Assembly (NCBI GenBank): GCA_016218805.1
Contig: JACRCW010000153.1
Coordinates: 1 to 64,000, forward strand
Direction of reading: 5' to 3'
Length of the DNA: 64,000 bases
Source of the DNA: Deltaproteobacteria bacterium
Lineage (GTDB): Bacteria; Myxococcota; JACRCW01
The position numbers and the translations under genes are program-made. Positions 47,064 to 57,181 of this stretch are shown one piece after another; position 1 is the stretch's first letter, and the number at the start of each line of letters is the position of its first letter. Below the pieces are notes generated by a model. That model saw nothing but the letters and a program-made list of their open reading frames with translations, was not told where the DNA came from and searched no databases.

Positions 47064-48464
47064 ATGGCGGAGGCGCGTTTCCCGGGATTCCTGGCTCAGG
47101 GTGGCGCGCCCGCTGTGTCCGGCGGCCTGCGCCTGCCGGACGTCGTGAGGCGGGTTCTGGATGTGGTTCCCGGCGGGCTGTTTGCGGTGGATTCCGGCGG
47201 GTTCCTGGTCTGCTGGAACCGGGAAATGACGGAGATAACCGGCTATTCCGCCCAGGAGGTGCTGGGCCAGCACTGCTCCATCCTCGGCGGGGACACCTGC
47301 CACGAAGGACCGTGCGGGGTTGCCGAGGCGCGCTGCCCGCTGTTCCTGCAGCAAGAGGTGGTGCGCCGGCGGTGCACGCTGCGCCGCAAGGACGGCAGCC
47401 GCATCCCCGTGGTCAAGAACGCGCAGTTGCTCTGCAATGACGACGGCTCCACGTGGGGCGGCGTCGAAGTGGTCACCGACATCACGGGCATCCGCGCGCT
47501 GGAGGACCAGGTGGAGCGCCTGCGGGCGGAGGCTTCGGGCCGGTCACGCTTCCACGGCATCATTGGCCGGCACGCGGAGATGAACCGGCTGTATGACCTG
47601 GTGGAACTGGCGGGGCGCACGCAGTCCAGCGTGCTGGTCACGGGCGACACTGGCACCGGCAAGGAGCTGGTGGCCCGGGCCATCCATGAACGCAGTCCCC
47701 GTGCCGGCAAGCCGTTCATCCGCGTCAGCTGCGCCGCGCTGTCCGAGGCGCTGCTGGAGAGCGAGTTGTTCGGCCATGTGCGCGGTGCATTCACCGGGGC
47801 CCACACCAACCGCGTGGGGCGGTTTGAGGCCGCGGATGGAGGCACCATCTTCCTGGATGAAATCGGCGATATCTCGCCGGCGGTGCAGACCAAGCTGCTG
47901 CGCGTGCTGCAGGAACGCGAAATCGAGCGCGTCGGCGACAACCGCGTCATCCCGCTGGACATCCGCGTGGTGGCCGCCACCCACCGCGACCTGCCAGCGC
48001 TGTGCGACGCCGGCCGCTTCCGCCGCGACCTCTACTACCGCCTTGCCGTCATCCCGCTCGTCGTGCCGACGCTTGCCGCCCGCGCCAGCGACATCCCGCT
48101 ATTGGTGGACCACTTCATTGCGCGGCTCAACCGCACGTTGGGCCGGGACATCCGCGGCGTCACGCCCACCGCCATGGCGCGGATGACCGCCTATGCGTGG
48201 CCCGGCAACGTGCGCGAGCTGGAGCACGCCATCGAGTACGGCTTTGTCGTCGCGCGCGGTGCGCTCATTGACGACGACTGCCTGCCCGCGCACGTCACCG
48301 CTCCCGCCGCGGCGCCGCCCGCCCGCCCCACCCCCGCCACCATGAACCGCGAGGACCTGCGCCGCGCGTTGGAACAGGCCGGCGGCAACCGGGCGCGCGC
48401 CGCGCGCATGCTGGGCGTCAGCCGCGTCACGCTGTGGAAGCGCCTCAAGAAGGCCGGGATTTGA
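47064..48464 (+). CDS. PAS-domain sigma54-dependent transcriptional activator
   Basis: PAS (WNREMTEITGYSAQEVLG), GDTGTGKE, ESELFGHVRGAFTGA, WPGNVREL, Fis-type HTH. Confidence 0.95.
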   Translation: MAEARFPGFLAQGGAPAVSGGLRLPDVVRRVLDVVPGGLFAVDSGGFLVCWNREMTEITGYSAQEVLGQHCSILGGDTCHEGPCGVAEARCPLFLQQEVVRRRCTLRRKDGSRIPVVKNAQLLCNDDGSTWGGVEVVTDITGIRALEDQVERLRAEASGRSRFHGIIGRHAEMNRLYDLVELAGRTQSSVLVTGDTGTGKELVARAIHERSPRAGKPFIRVSCAALSEALLESELFGHVRGAFTGAHTNRVGRFEAADGGTIFLDEIGDISPAVQTKLLRVLQEREIERVGDNRVIPLDIRVVAATHRDLPALCDAGRFRRDLYYRLAVIPLVVPTLAARASDIPLLVDHFIARLNRTLGRDIRGVTPTAMARMTAYAWPGNVRELEHAIEYGFVVARGALIDDDCLPAHVTAPAAAPPARPTPATMNREDLRRALEQAGGNRARAARMLGVSRVTLWKRLKKAGI

Positions 48465-48670
48465 CCAGACGGCCTGCCCACGGCTGCACGCGCGCGCAAG
48501 CCCGCGGGTGGCGCTCACGGCCGTTCAGTGACCGTTCAGCGTGAACGTTAACGCCCGCTGAACACAGCGGTATCACGGGCGCGGCCGCATTCGGCGAATT
48601 GCTGTGCGAAAGCGTGGGAATCCGGGCATTGCGTGCGGGGCGGCGCCCACCGGGAACGCACCGGAGCAGA

Positions 48671-48686
48671 CGGTACGCCACGTGCG
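48671..48686 (+). promoter_or_regulatory. candidate sigma54 -24/-12 promoter of the octaheme cytochrome gene
   Basis: CGGTACGCCACGTGCG has GG-N10-GC spacing and lies ~55 bp upstream of the GTG start, which has an AGGAGG RBS. Confidence 0.45.
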
Positions 48687-48738
48687 TGGGGCGGCTTCTC
48701 CGCCTTCGCGGAGCTTGTCCGTTCCCAGGAGGTTCGTC

Positions 48739-51486
48739 GTGAGGTTCAGGATCGCCCTGCTGTGTTCCACCGCGTGGATGGTGACCGCGTGCTCCACTGC
48801 CAGCGAAAAGAAGTGCGAGGACTTCTGCGCGGACGGTGCCACCTGCGTCGACGGCGAGTGCGTCGCCGTGGTGGCGTGCACCCCGGCCTGCGGCGCGGGC
48901 CAGGTTTGTGAGAACGGGGCCTGCGTCCCGCTGCTTGCTTCCGCGTGCAGCGCGGGCTGTGGCGCCTGCGAGGCCTGCGTGGCCTCCGGCGGAACCGCCA
49001 CCTGCACCACCACCTGCCGCTCCGCCGAGACCTGCAACGGGGCGACGTCCACCTGCGAGGCAGCGCCGGCCTGCACGCCGGCGTGCGGGACAGGCGCCGT
49101 GTGCCAAGCCGGTCAGTGCGTACCACTGCTGTCCTCCGCCTGCCCGTTGGGCTGCGGCGACTGCGAGGTGTGCGTTACCGATGGGGCCACGGCGTCATGC
49201 CGCACCACCTGCACGGACGGCCAGACGTGTGACAGCGTCAGCCACGCGTGCGTCTCTCCGACGTGCGAGGACTTCTGCGGCTCCGGTGCGGCGTGCGTGG
49301 CCGGCGCCTGCGTCCCGGTGGCGCCCTGCAACCCGGGTTGCAGCGCGGGCACCGCCTGCCAGGACGGGAGCTGCGTTCCCATCCTGGCAGCGGCCTGCCC
49401 GGGCGGCTGCGGTCCCTGCCAGGTGTGCGTGACCGCGGGGGATACCGCCGCGTGCGCCACGACGTGCGACGTGGGCATGCGCTGCGACCAGACTGCCGGC
49501 AGTTGCGTGGTGGACAACGTGCACGTGCTTTACCTGCAAGGCCCCTACACGCGCGGCGAGGACGTCACCGAGGACTGCCTGGGCTGCCACCAGTCCGCGG
49601 CCGACCAGATGCTGCGCTCCGCGCACTACCGCTGGGCCGGCCCCACGCCCGGGCTGGTGGACCGCAGTGGTGTCCCGGTGGACACCGGGAACGTGGGCAA
49701 GGCGGGCCTCATCAACAACTTCTGCGTCGCCACGCCCTCCAATGAGGGGCGCTGCGCCGAATGCCACGCGGGCTACGGCGACGCGGCCGCCAAGAAGGCC
49801 GCCTACCAGCTGTCCTCCGAAGGCCGCCGCGTGGACTGCCTCATCTGCCATGCCGATCTTGCCACGGGGTACATCAAGGCGGTGAAGAACTTTGGCGTGG
49901 CGGACGTGAAGCCGGCATCCGGCTGCCTGCCCGCGTGCCCCGCCACCGACGTGTGCACCCTGCGCGCAGGAGCGCCGGTGTGCGTGCCCTACGCCACGCG
50001 CCTGCCCGAAGTACTCAAGGCGGCGGCCCAGAGCGTGCGCCGGCCCGGCCGGGACAATTGCGGGAAATGCCACTTCTACGCGGGTGGCGGTGACAACGTG
50101 AAGATGGGTGACCTCGCCTCGTCACTGGCGGTTCCCGCCGGCCCTGCGGTTGACGTCCACATGGGCAGCACCAACGCCACCGCGCCGCGCACCTGTGCGG
50201 ATTGCCACGCCGGGACGGGGTTCGCGCATGACCGGTTCAAGGGCACGGGTGTCTCCCTCGCGCTGGTTCAGGAAGCGCCGCTGCAGTGCACCGGCTGTCA
50301 CGCAGCGCAGGCCACTGCGCACCCGGCGCCGACGACGTTCGGCAACCACGATCACTCGGCCAGGGTCGCTTGCCAGGTCTGCCACATCCCGCAGTACGCG
50401 CGGCAGCTCACCACCAAGACGATGTGGGACTGGTCGCTCGCCGGCTTCAAGGACTGCAAGTACCCGGGCGCACCCGCGGAGATCATCGCCGCGTGCGTGC
50501 TGGACCCAACCAGCCCGGCGTTTGGCACCGCCAGGGCGAGCATCGGCGGTGACGACGTGGACTACAACTGGCAGAAGGGCGTGTTCCACATGCGGAAGAA
50601 CGTGGAGCCTGCGTACCGCTGGTACGACGGCAGCGGCACGCACCTGACCATTGCGGGCGCCGCCGCGGCGTTTGACCCGGCCGACGGCCTGTCGCCGTCC
50701 CGCCCCGTCACACTCGCCGGACCCGTTGCGGCGGCCACCGACACCGGGGCCGTCGTCACCGCGTTCAAGCGCATGATCGGGCGCCAGGCCATGATGCTGG
50801 ACGGTTCGTTTGTCGTGGTCCCCCACCTGTTTGGCGCATGGTCGCTGTGGGGAACCAAGCCGGACCCGACGGTGCAGCCGCCGGCGCCGGCCAACCAGAT
50901 GATTCCCGTCCTCCCGGCCACCACGACGTCGCCCACGGCGGCCAAGTACGGCAGCTACGCCACCTACGCAGCGTTTCTGGATGCCGTGTGGAACGACATC
51001 ATGTCGTCCGGCGCAGCCACCGCCGGTCAGCTGACGCCGCTGTTCTCCGTCCCAGTGGACGCGATGTCCGCGTCCGCCGACACCACCGAGCCCACGCGCA
51101 CGCGCGTCACCGTCACCGTCACCCACGCGCTGACCGTCGGCGACCGCTTCAACCTGATGAGCGCCGACCTGCAGTTCCCTCCGGGCATCAAAGTGGTTGC
51201 CGCCGCCGACGGCACTACGTTGCAGTACCTGGAGACGGCGCGCCCGGCGCCGTTGACGCCGGTGCGCAACACCGCGGCCACGCGGGGCTTCCGCGCGCTG
51301 GTGCGCGGCGTGGACTGGGACTGGCGCCACACGGACATGTACATGAACCTCAACCACGAGGTGATGCCGCGGGGCAGCGCCCTCAGCACGTGCACGGAAT
51401 GCCACTCCGGCACGGGCCGCATGTGCGAGGCCTACGCCGACGTGCCGGCGGGCAGCCGCCCGTTCGGCGTGGCCGCGTGCCCGTAG
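48739..51486 (+). CDS. octaheme c-type cytochrome, tetrathionate reductase (OTR)-like, lipoprotein with N-terminal Cys-rich repeats
   Basis: Eight CxxCH motifs (CLGCH, CAECH, CLICH, CGKCH, CADCH, CTGCH, CQVCH, CTECH); GK..INNFC; CHFYAGGGDNVKMGDL; DVHM; WDWS; NHEV; lipobox VTAC. Confidence 0.88.
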   Translation: MRFRIALLCSTAWMVTACSTASEKKCEDFCADGATCVDGECVAVVACTPACGAGQVCENGACVPLLASACSAGCGACEACVASGGTATCTTTCRSAETCNGATSTCEAAPACTPACGTGAVCQAGQCVPLLSSACPLGCGDCEVCVTDGATASCRTTCTDGQTCDSVSHACVSPTCEDFCGSGAACVAGACVPVAPCNPGCSAGTACQDGSCVPILAAACPGGCGPCQVCVTAGDTAACATTCDVGMRCDQTAGSCVVDNVHVLYLQGPYTRGEDVTEDCLGCHQSAADQMLRSAHYRWAGPTPGLVDRSGVPVDTGNVGKAGLINNFCVATPSNEGRCAECHAGYGDAAAKKAAYQLSSEGRRVDCLICHADLATGYIKAVKNFGVADVKPASGCLPACPATDVCTLRAGAPVCVPYATRLPEVLKAAAQSVRRPGRDNCGKCHFYAGGGDNVKMGDLASSLAVPAGPAVDVHMGSTNATAPRTCADCHAGTGFAHDRFKGTGVSLALVQEAPLQCTGCHAAQATAHPAPTTFGNHDHSARVACQVCHIPQYARQLTTKTMWDWSLAGFKDCKYPGAPAEIIAACVLDPTSPAFGTARASIGGDDVDYNWQKGVFHMRKNVEPAYRWYDGSGTHLTIAGAAAAFDPADGLSPSRPVTLAGPVAAATDTGAVVTAFKRMIGRQAMMLDGSFVVVPHLFGAWSLWGTKPDPTVQPPAPANQMIPVLPATTTSPTAAKYGSYATYAAFLDAVWNDIMSSGAATAGQLTPLFSVPVDAMSASADTTEPTRTRVTVTVTHALTVGDRFNLMSADLQFPPGIKVVAAADGTTLQYLETARPAPLTPVRNTAATRGFRALVRGVDWDWRHTDMYMNLNHEVMPRGSALSTCTECHSGTGRMCEAYADVPAGSRPFGVAACP

Positions 51487-51497
51487 CCACCTGGGGA

Positions 51498-51537
51498 CGC
51501 CCCCGGCCCGTGCCGCCTCCCGTGCGGGCCGGGGGCG
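51498..51537. terminator. GC-rich hairpin between convergent genes
   Basis: Perfect 13-bp inverted repeat CGCCCCCGGCCCG / CGGGCCGGGGGCG with a 14-nt loop; no U-tract. Confidence 0.55.
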
Positions 51538-51580
51538 CGTTCCCCGCCATGCAGCCAGCGGGGCAAGGCGGGCCGGCCCC

Positions 51581-53434
51581 TCACGGCGGCACGCGCACCA
51601 GTTGGGGCGCGGGGGCAAACACCGCGTCCAACAGCGCGCGCGACTCCGCGGACCCCGCGCCGCGGTCACCGTTGAGATCGTTGAGCGTGACCCGGATGAC
51701 GCCGTCACCACCGTTGCCGCCGGGCCGGTTGGTCCCAGCGCCGTAGATCGCTTCGCAGGCCGCCGCGGGAGCCAGGCCGGCACCGCCGGATGCGTGCACG
51801 CGGCCCACCGTGGTGACCAGGCTGCCCACCGTCACCAGGAGGGCGCCGCCGGCGCCACCCCCGGACCCGTACTGGTTGGAACCCTTGGACGCGGAACGCG
51901 CGGCCTCGCCGTCTGCGTCCAGCGCACCGTCCAGCCGCAGCGTGCCGGCAAACAGCGCAAGAATGCCACCGCCGCGGCCACCGGGGCCGGGCGTGAGCGC
52001 GCAGCCCCCGTCGGTGGTGCGCCCCATCCATACGCCGCCACCGCCTCCGCCCGGCGTGAGCGTGTCGGCCCCTGCGTCCTGGTCATACGGGAGACCGCCC
52101 TCCGGTCCCGCGTCCGCCAACGCCGTCACGTGGTACTTGGCGCCCGGTTGGCCGCGCGTGCCGTGACCTCCGCCGGCGCCCGTCACGTACGCGCCACCCC
52201 CGCCGTGATTTTCCAGGCGCAGGCCGTTGGTGGCGTTGTACGCCGCAGCAGCAGCTGCACCCATCCCCCCAAAACCCGCGCGCCCTTCTCCCTGCTGTGC
52301 GTCGTCGTTGTAGACCGGGCCGGGCGGGCCGCCGCGGAAGCCCAGTCCCGCCACCGCCACGCGGCCATCCACGTGCGCCTCCCCGGCCACGCGGAGAAAC
52401 AGCACCCCGCCCACGGGGTCCGTCATCACGTCCGTTCCCACAAGCGCGGCCGGCTGGAAGGGGCTTGTTGTCAGGACGGTGCCCGCGGGCACCTGCAGCG
52501 TCCGGTACCGCGGCACGCGCACCACCACCGCCGTGCGGCCCGCCAGGTCCAGGCCCGTGGCGCCGCCCGGCGCGCGCAGCGGTGGGTGATCCAGCGTCAC
52601 CACTTCCGCGGCAATGCCCGTCACAAAGAACGTCTCCCAGGTTCCCACGCCCTCAGTGGTGGCGCCGGCGTCCGCCGCGCCGCTCCCGCGCAGCGTGATG
52701 AGCACCACCTCGTCGGCCGGGGCCAGGCCGGCGGGTGCGGCGGCCAGGCGCACCTGTGTGGCAGCCAGGGTCACCACCCGCCACGACGGCGCGTCAGCGG
52801 AAGCGCGGCCCACCAGTGACGCGGTGGCCAGGTTCACTTCTGACGCGGCCGGGACGGCGTCACCGTCCTCGCCGCCACCAAAGGGACCCGTGGAACGGCA
52901 CCAACCCGCCACGCACAGCGCGCCACCCCGGCAGGGTGACGCCAGCGAGCAGGGACAGGCCGCGCCGGTACACGCGGACGACGACGGAGCCGCGCTGGAC
53001 GACGGGGGGACCGCACTGCTGGAGGGCTCCGACGACGAGGCCCCGCGGAACCCGGAGGACGGCACCGCGCCAGAGGAGGACGGGGCGCGGTCCGACGAGG
53101 ACGCCACCCGCGACGACGAGGACGCCGCGCGCGAGGTCCCCGCGGCGGAGGTGGCGGCCGCGGAGGACGCATCCGTGGCGGACGTGGCGCTGGACGACGA
53201 GGAAACCACGGATGGCGCGCACACCCCCGCAACGCACGCATCACCCGCTGGACACTGCGCGCGTGGCCCGCAGCGCCAGCGGCATACACCCCCCGCGCAG
53301 GCGTAGCGGTCGTCGCAGTCGGCGTTGGACGCACAGCGCCAGGCCAGCACGGGCTCCCGGCAGGCGCCCAGCAGCAACACCACGGCGAGCCACCTGACCG
53401 GCAACGCGCGCGACCCATCGCGTGAGCGAGCCAT
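51581..53434 (-). CDS. Cys-rich, Ser-linker, Gly-rich surface lipoprotein
   Basis: Lipobox LLGAC; CxxxxDC..C..G.C modules; poly-Ser linker; GGGGGG / GGRGGG / GSGGGAGG; GGNGGDGVIRV C-terminus. Confidence 0.75.
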   Translation of the reverse strand: MARSRDGSRALPVRWLAVVLLLGACREPVLAWRCASNADCDDRYACAGGVCRWRCGPRAQCPAGDACVAGVCAPSVVSSSSSATSATDASSAAATSAAGTSRAASSSSRVASSSDRAPSSSGAVPSSGFRGASSSEPSSSAVPPSSSAAPSSSACTGAACPCSLASPCRGGALCVAGWCRSTGPFGGGEDGDAVPAASEVNLATASLVGRASADAPSWRVVTLAATQVRLAAAPAGLAPADEVVLITLRGSGAADAGATTEGVGTWETFFVTGIAAEVVTLDHPPLRAPGGATGLDLAGRTAVVVRVPRYRTLQVPAGTVLTTSPFQPAALVGTDVMTDPVGGVLFLRVAGEAHVDGRVAVAGLGFRGGPPGPVYNDDAQQGEGRAGFGGMGAAAAAAYNATNGLRLENHGGGGAYVTGAGGGHGTRGQPGAKYHVTALADAGPEGGLPYDQDAGADTLTPGGGGGGVWMGRTTDGGCALTPGPGGRGGGILALFAGTLRLDGALDADGEAARSASKGSNQYGSGGGAGGALLVTVGSLVTTVGRVHASGGAGLAPAAACEAIYGAGTNRPGGNGGDGVIRVTLNDLNGDRGAGSAESRALLDAVFAPAPQLVRVPP

Positions 53435-53499
53435 GGCCTTCCACGGTAGCATGGGCCTGACGCTTGCCGTGACGGGCGTCCTTGGAGAGAACCGCGCCC

Positions 53500-54489
53500 A
53501 TGATTGAGGTCCGGGATCTCTGCAAGACGTACCGCGTGCACCAGCGGCCTGAGGGGCTGGCCGCCGCGCTGCGCAGCCTGGTGCACCGCCGGTACGACGA
53601 GGTCCACGCGGTGAGTGACCTGTGTTTCCGCATTGCCGACGGCGAGCGGGTGGGGTTTCTGGGTCCCAACGGCGCGGGCAAGACCACCACGCTCAAGATG
53701 CTGTCCGGCCTGCTGCACCCCACGCGCGGCACGCTGGCGGTGGACGGCTTCACCCCGCAGCGGCGGGACGAAGCGTTCCTCAAGCGCGTCACGCTGGTGA
53801 TGGGGCAGAAGCAGCAGCTGCTGTGGGACCTGCCGCCGGTGGAGACCTTTGCGCTCAACCGCGCGGTGTACGGCATCCCGCGCGCAGAGTTTGACCGGAC
53901 CCTGACGGAGCTCACGGACCTGCTGCAGGCAGGTGGCCTGGTGGGGAAGCCCGCGCGGCAGCTGAGTCTGGGTGAACGGATGAAGTGCGAGCTCATTGCC
54001 GCGCTGCTGCACCAGCCGCGCGTGCTGTTCCTGGACGAGCCCACCATTGGCCTGGACGTCTCCATGCAGGCCACCGTCCGCGGTTTCATCCGCGCCTACA
54101 ACGAACGCACCGGGGCCACGGTGCTGCTGACCAGCCACTACATGGAGGACGTGGCGGCGCTGTGCCCGCGCGTCATCGTCATCGACAAGGGCCGCCTGCT
54201 GTATGACGGTGAACTGCGCGCGCTGGTGCAGCGGGTGCGCCCGTTCAAGCGCCTCTCCATCCGCTTTGCGGAGCCGCCCGCGCCCGAAGTGCTGGCGCGC
54301 GTGGGCGAGGTGCTGTCGTTGGAGGGGCTGGCTGCGCAGGTGCGCGTGCGCGGGACGGACGTCAAGGACGCGGTGCGGGACCTGCTGGGCACGCTGGCGG
54401 TGGCGGACCTCACCGTGGAGGACCCGCCGCTGGACGAGGTCATGCGGGACCTGTTCGACGGGAACACCGCCGCGCGGGGAGCCGCCTGA
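53500..54489 (+). CDS. ABC transporter ATP-binding protein
   Basis: GPNGAGKTT, LSLGERMK, FLDEPTIGLD, LTSHYM. Confidence 0.95.
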   Translation: MIEVRDLCKTYRVHQRPEGLAAALRSLVHRRYDEVHAVSDLCFRIADGERVGFLGPNGAGKTTTLKMLSGLLHPTRGTLAVDGFTPQRRDEAFLKRVTLVMGQKQQLLWDLPPVETFALNRAVYGIPRAEFDRTLTELTDLLQAGGLVGKPARQLSLGERMKCELIAALLHQPRVLFLDEPTIGLDVSMQATVRGFIRAYNERTGATVLLTSHYMEDVAALCPRVIVIDKGRLLYDGELRALVQRVRPFKRLSIRFAEPPAPEVLARVGEVLSLEGLAAQVRVRGTDVKDAVRDLLGTLAVADLTVEDPPLDEVMRDLFDGNTAARGAA

Positions 54490-55283
54490 TGCTGCGCGCG
54501 CTGCGGGCCTACCCCACGCTGCTGCGCGTGGGCATTGCTGACATGATTGCGTACCGGACGGAGTTCCTCATCTGGGCGCTGACCACCAACATGCCGCTGG
54601 TCATGCTGGCGGTGTGGAACGCCGCGGTGGATGACGGGCCGGTGGGGCGGTTCGGCCGGCCGCAGTTCATTGCGTACTACCTCATCACCATGATTGTGCG
54701 GCTGCTGGTCAGCAACTGGGTGGTCTGGGAGATCACCATGTCCATCCGCCACGGGACGCTGGCCACGCGGCTGATGCGGCCCCTGCACCCGCTGTGGGCC
54801 TGGTCCGCGGAGCAGCTGGCGGCGGTGCCCATGCGGCTGGTGCTGGTGGCCCCTGTCGTCGTGGCGCTGGTGCACGCGGCGGGCAGCGAACTCACGCGGG
54901 ACCCCGCGCTGCTGGCCATCTTTGCGCTGTCGCTGGTGGGCGCGTGGCTGGTGCAGTTCTTCCTCATGGTCGCGCTGGGCCTGGCCAGCTTCTGGATTGA
55001 ATCATCCTTTGGGCTGTTTGAGGTGTGGATGGGCGTCAACGCGGTGCTGGGCGGATACCTGGTGCCGCTGGAGCTGTTGCCCGAGTGGCTGCGCAGTTCC
55101 ACGGGATGGTTGCCGTTCCGCTTCCTGCTGTCTTTCCCCGTGGAGACCGCCATGGGCCTGCACCCGGTGGACGTGGCGCTGGGTGACCTGGGGATCCAGT
55201 GGGCCTACGTGGCCGTCTCCGCCGCCGCCACGCTGGCCCTGTGGCGCGCGGGCCTGCGCCGCTTTGCCGCGTTTGGAGGCTGA
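54489..55283 (+). CDS. ABC-2 family permease (DUF990-like)
   Basis: AYRTEF, IRHGTLATRLMRP, GGYLVPL, LPFR..FP; six TM helices; TGATG coupling. Confidence 0.88.
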   Translation: MLRALRAYPTLLRVGIADMIAYRTEFLIWALTTNMPLVMLAVWNAAVDDGPVGRFGRPQFIAYYLITMIVRLLVSNWVVWEITMSIRHGTLATRLMRPLHPLWAWSAEQLAAVPMRLVLVAPVVVALVHAAGSELTRDPALLAIFALSLVGAWLVQFFLMVALGLASFWIESSFGLFEVWMGVNAVLGGYLVPLELLPEWLRSSTGWLPFRFLLSFPVETAMGLHPVDVALGDLGIQWAYVAVSAAATLALWRAGLRRFAAFGG

Positions 55284-55286
55284 CCG

Positions 55287-56081
55287 GTGCGTCCCACCCG
55301 CCACGTGCGCGTCCTGCAGGCCCAACTCCGCGCCAGCGTGGCCAACGCCATGCAATACCGCGCGGACTTCCTGCTGCAGGGATTGCTGGGCCTGATGTGG
55401 GTGGGCGTGTCGCTCATACCGCTCAACGTGTTGTACCGGGACCGGCAGTCCATTGCCGGGTGGACCTGGCCGCAGGCGCTCTTGGTGACCGGCTGGTTCA
55501 CCGCGCTGCGCGCGGCGCTGGAGGGCGCGGTCAGCCCCAGCCTCACCGCCGTGGTGGAACACGTGCGGCGCGGCACGCTGGACTTTGTGCTGCTCAAACC
55601 CGCGGATTCCCAGTTCCTGGTCAGCACCGCGCGGTTTGAGCCCTGGAAGGTGCTGGACCTGGGCGCATCCTTTGTCATCATGGGCTGGGCGTTTCACCAG
55701 ATGGGACGCGCGCCCGCGCCGCTGGACCTCGCGGCCGCCGCCCTGCTCGGGCTGGTGGCGCTCATTGTGCTGTACTCCATGTGGATCCTGGTCATCTCGC
55801 TGAGCTTCTTCATCGTGCGCGCGGACAACCTGTCGTTCCTGTTCAGCTCGCTGTTGGACGCGGCGCGCTGGCCCGTGCAGGTCTTCCGCGGCGCGCTGCG
55901 GTTCCTGTTCACCTTCATCTTCCCGCTGGCGCTGATGACCACCTATCCGGCCATGGCCATGATGGGGACGCTGGACGCCACCACCGCGGGCACCGCGCTG
56001 CTGGTGGGCTTTTCGTTTGCCGCGGTGGCGCGCGTGGTGTGGCTGCGCGCGCTGCGCAACTACACCTCCGCCAGCTCCTGA
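55287..56081 (+). CDS. ABC-2 family permease (DUF990-like)
   Basis: QYRADF, IAGWT, GTLDFVLLKPADSQF, RWPVQVF, YTSASS. Confidence 0.9.
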   Translation: MRPTRHVRVLQAQLRASVANAMQYRADFLLQGLLGLMWVGVSLIPLNVLYRDRQSIAGWTWPQALLVTGWFTALRAALEGAVSPSLTAVVEHVRRGTLDFVLLKPADSQFLVSTARFEPWKVLDLGASFVIMGWAFHQMGRAPAPLDLAAAALLGLVALIVLYSMWILVISLSFFIVRADNLSFLFSSLLDAARWPVQVFRGALRFLFTFIFPLALMTTYPAMAMMGTLDATTAGTALLVGFSFAAVARVVWLRALRNYTSASS

Positions 56082-56099
56082 ACCCTGGCTGTGCGGGCG

Positions 56100-57002
56100 T
56101 CAGTTCCGCTGGCGCGCCCGCCACCCGGACACCAGCCGGCGCAGCGGCACGTTGAAGGGGTCATCCGCAATCGCGGACTCGCCCCGGGTCACGGCGCGGT
56201 CAAACTGGCTGGCGGCCGCCGCCGTCGCTGCTTCCTCGGCCGCGCGCGTGGCCTGGTCAAACCGGTCCGGGAACACCTCCAGCCAGGCCAGCCGCAGTTC
56301 CACCAGTGACGGCGAATAGTGCGCCTGCCGCAACCGCTCCTCGGCAAGCACAATGCCGCGGCGAAAGTCCGCGCGCAGCCGGCGCCGCCGGTCAGACAGC
56401 TCGGCGCGCAAGTCGTGCGCCACCTCGCGCGCCTGGTCCAGCGTCCGCTGCCCCTCGCCGTGCACGGGCTCCGCCCAACGCGCCTGCAGGCGCTCCAGGG
56501 CCACCACAATCTCCCGCACCTCGGACAGGGGTGACACGCCCAGCACGTCATACGGCCGCCCCTCCGCCACGCCGCGCAGGAACGCCAGCGCCCCCGGGAC
56601 GGGATCCTCCGCGGTGGGCCCCGTCCCCGCGACGACGAGATCCATCCCATCCGCCGCGGCGAGCCACCGCTCCAGCACCTCTTCGTTGACTGCGTCCAGC
56701 TCCAGGAACCGCAGCCCCGCGCCCTCACCGCTGCGCGAGTGCATCACCTGCGCAGCCACCCGCAGCGTGTCACCCACGGGCGACCAGGCCTCCAGGTCCA
56801 CGCGGTCACCCCGCGGTGGGGGGGGCGTAAGACGTACAAACACGCCGCCGCGGGAGACGTTGAGCACCTCGGCATCAAGCCCAATGGGGTGGATGCGCGC
56901 CGGCGCGTGGGTGGAGAGCCGCGGGTGCTTGCGCGGCACCGTGTACGCAGGAGGGGTGGCAGGCAGCATCGTTCGCAAGGGCCACTGTGCCGGCTCCGCC
57001 AC
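56100..57002 (-). CDS. PilZ domain protein with helical C-terminus
   Basis: RKHPR and NVSRGG (RxxxR, D/NxSxxG); GAGLRF; a downstream PYDVLGV J-domain-like start lacking HPD. Confidence 0.8.
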   Translation of the reverse strand: MAEPAQWPLRTMLPATPPAYTVPRKHPRLSTHAPARIHPIGLDAEVLNVSRGGVFVRLTPPPPRGDRVDLEAWSPVGDTLRVAAQVMHSRSGEGAGLRFLELDAVNEEVLERWLAAADGMDLVVAGTGPTAEDPVPGALAFLRGVAEGRPYDVLGVSPLSEVREIVVALERLQARWAEPVHGEGQRTLDQAREVAHDLRAELSDRRRRLRADFRRGIVLAEERLRQAHYSPSLVELRLAWLEVFPDRFDQATRAAEEAATAAAASQFDRAVTRGESAIADDPFNVPLRRLVSGWRARQRN

Positions 57003-57181
57003 ACACTCGGCAAGGTCTCCAGCGCACCTACACGGCGGCGTCCCCCGCGCGCCCGCTGCCGCTCCCGTCTACGGAAACGTGCCGGCGGGCACTCCGGCGT
57101 GATCAGCGCTACAGTTGCTGAGCCGCGAGCCGGGCACGGCGCGTAGACCGGGGATGGGGGGGCATTTCGAGGTGCGCCTTG

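Noticed and set aside
48810..49520. Extra haem or ferredoxin sites in the Cys-rich N-terminus
   Set aside because: CxxC motifs lack His, and the spacing fits disulfide-rich extracellular repeats in a lipoprotein.
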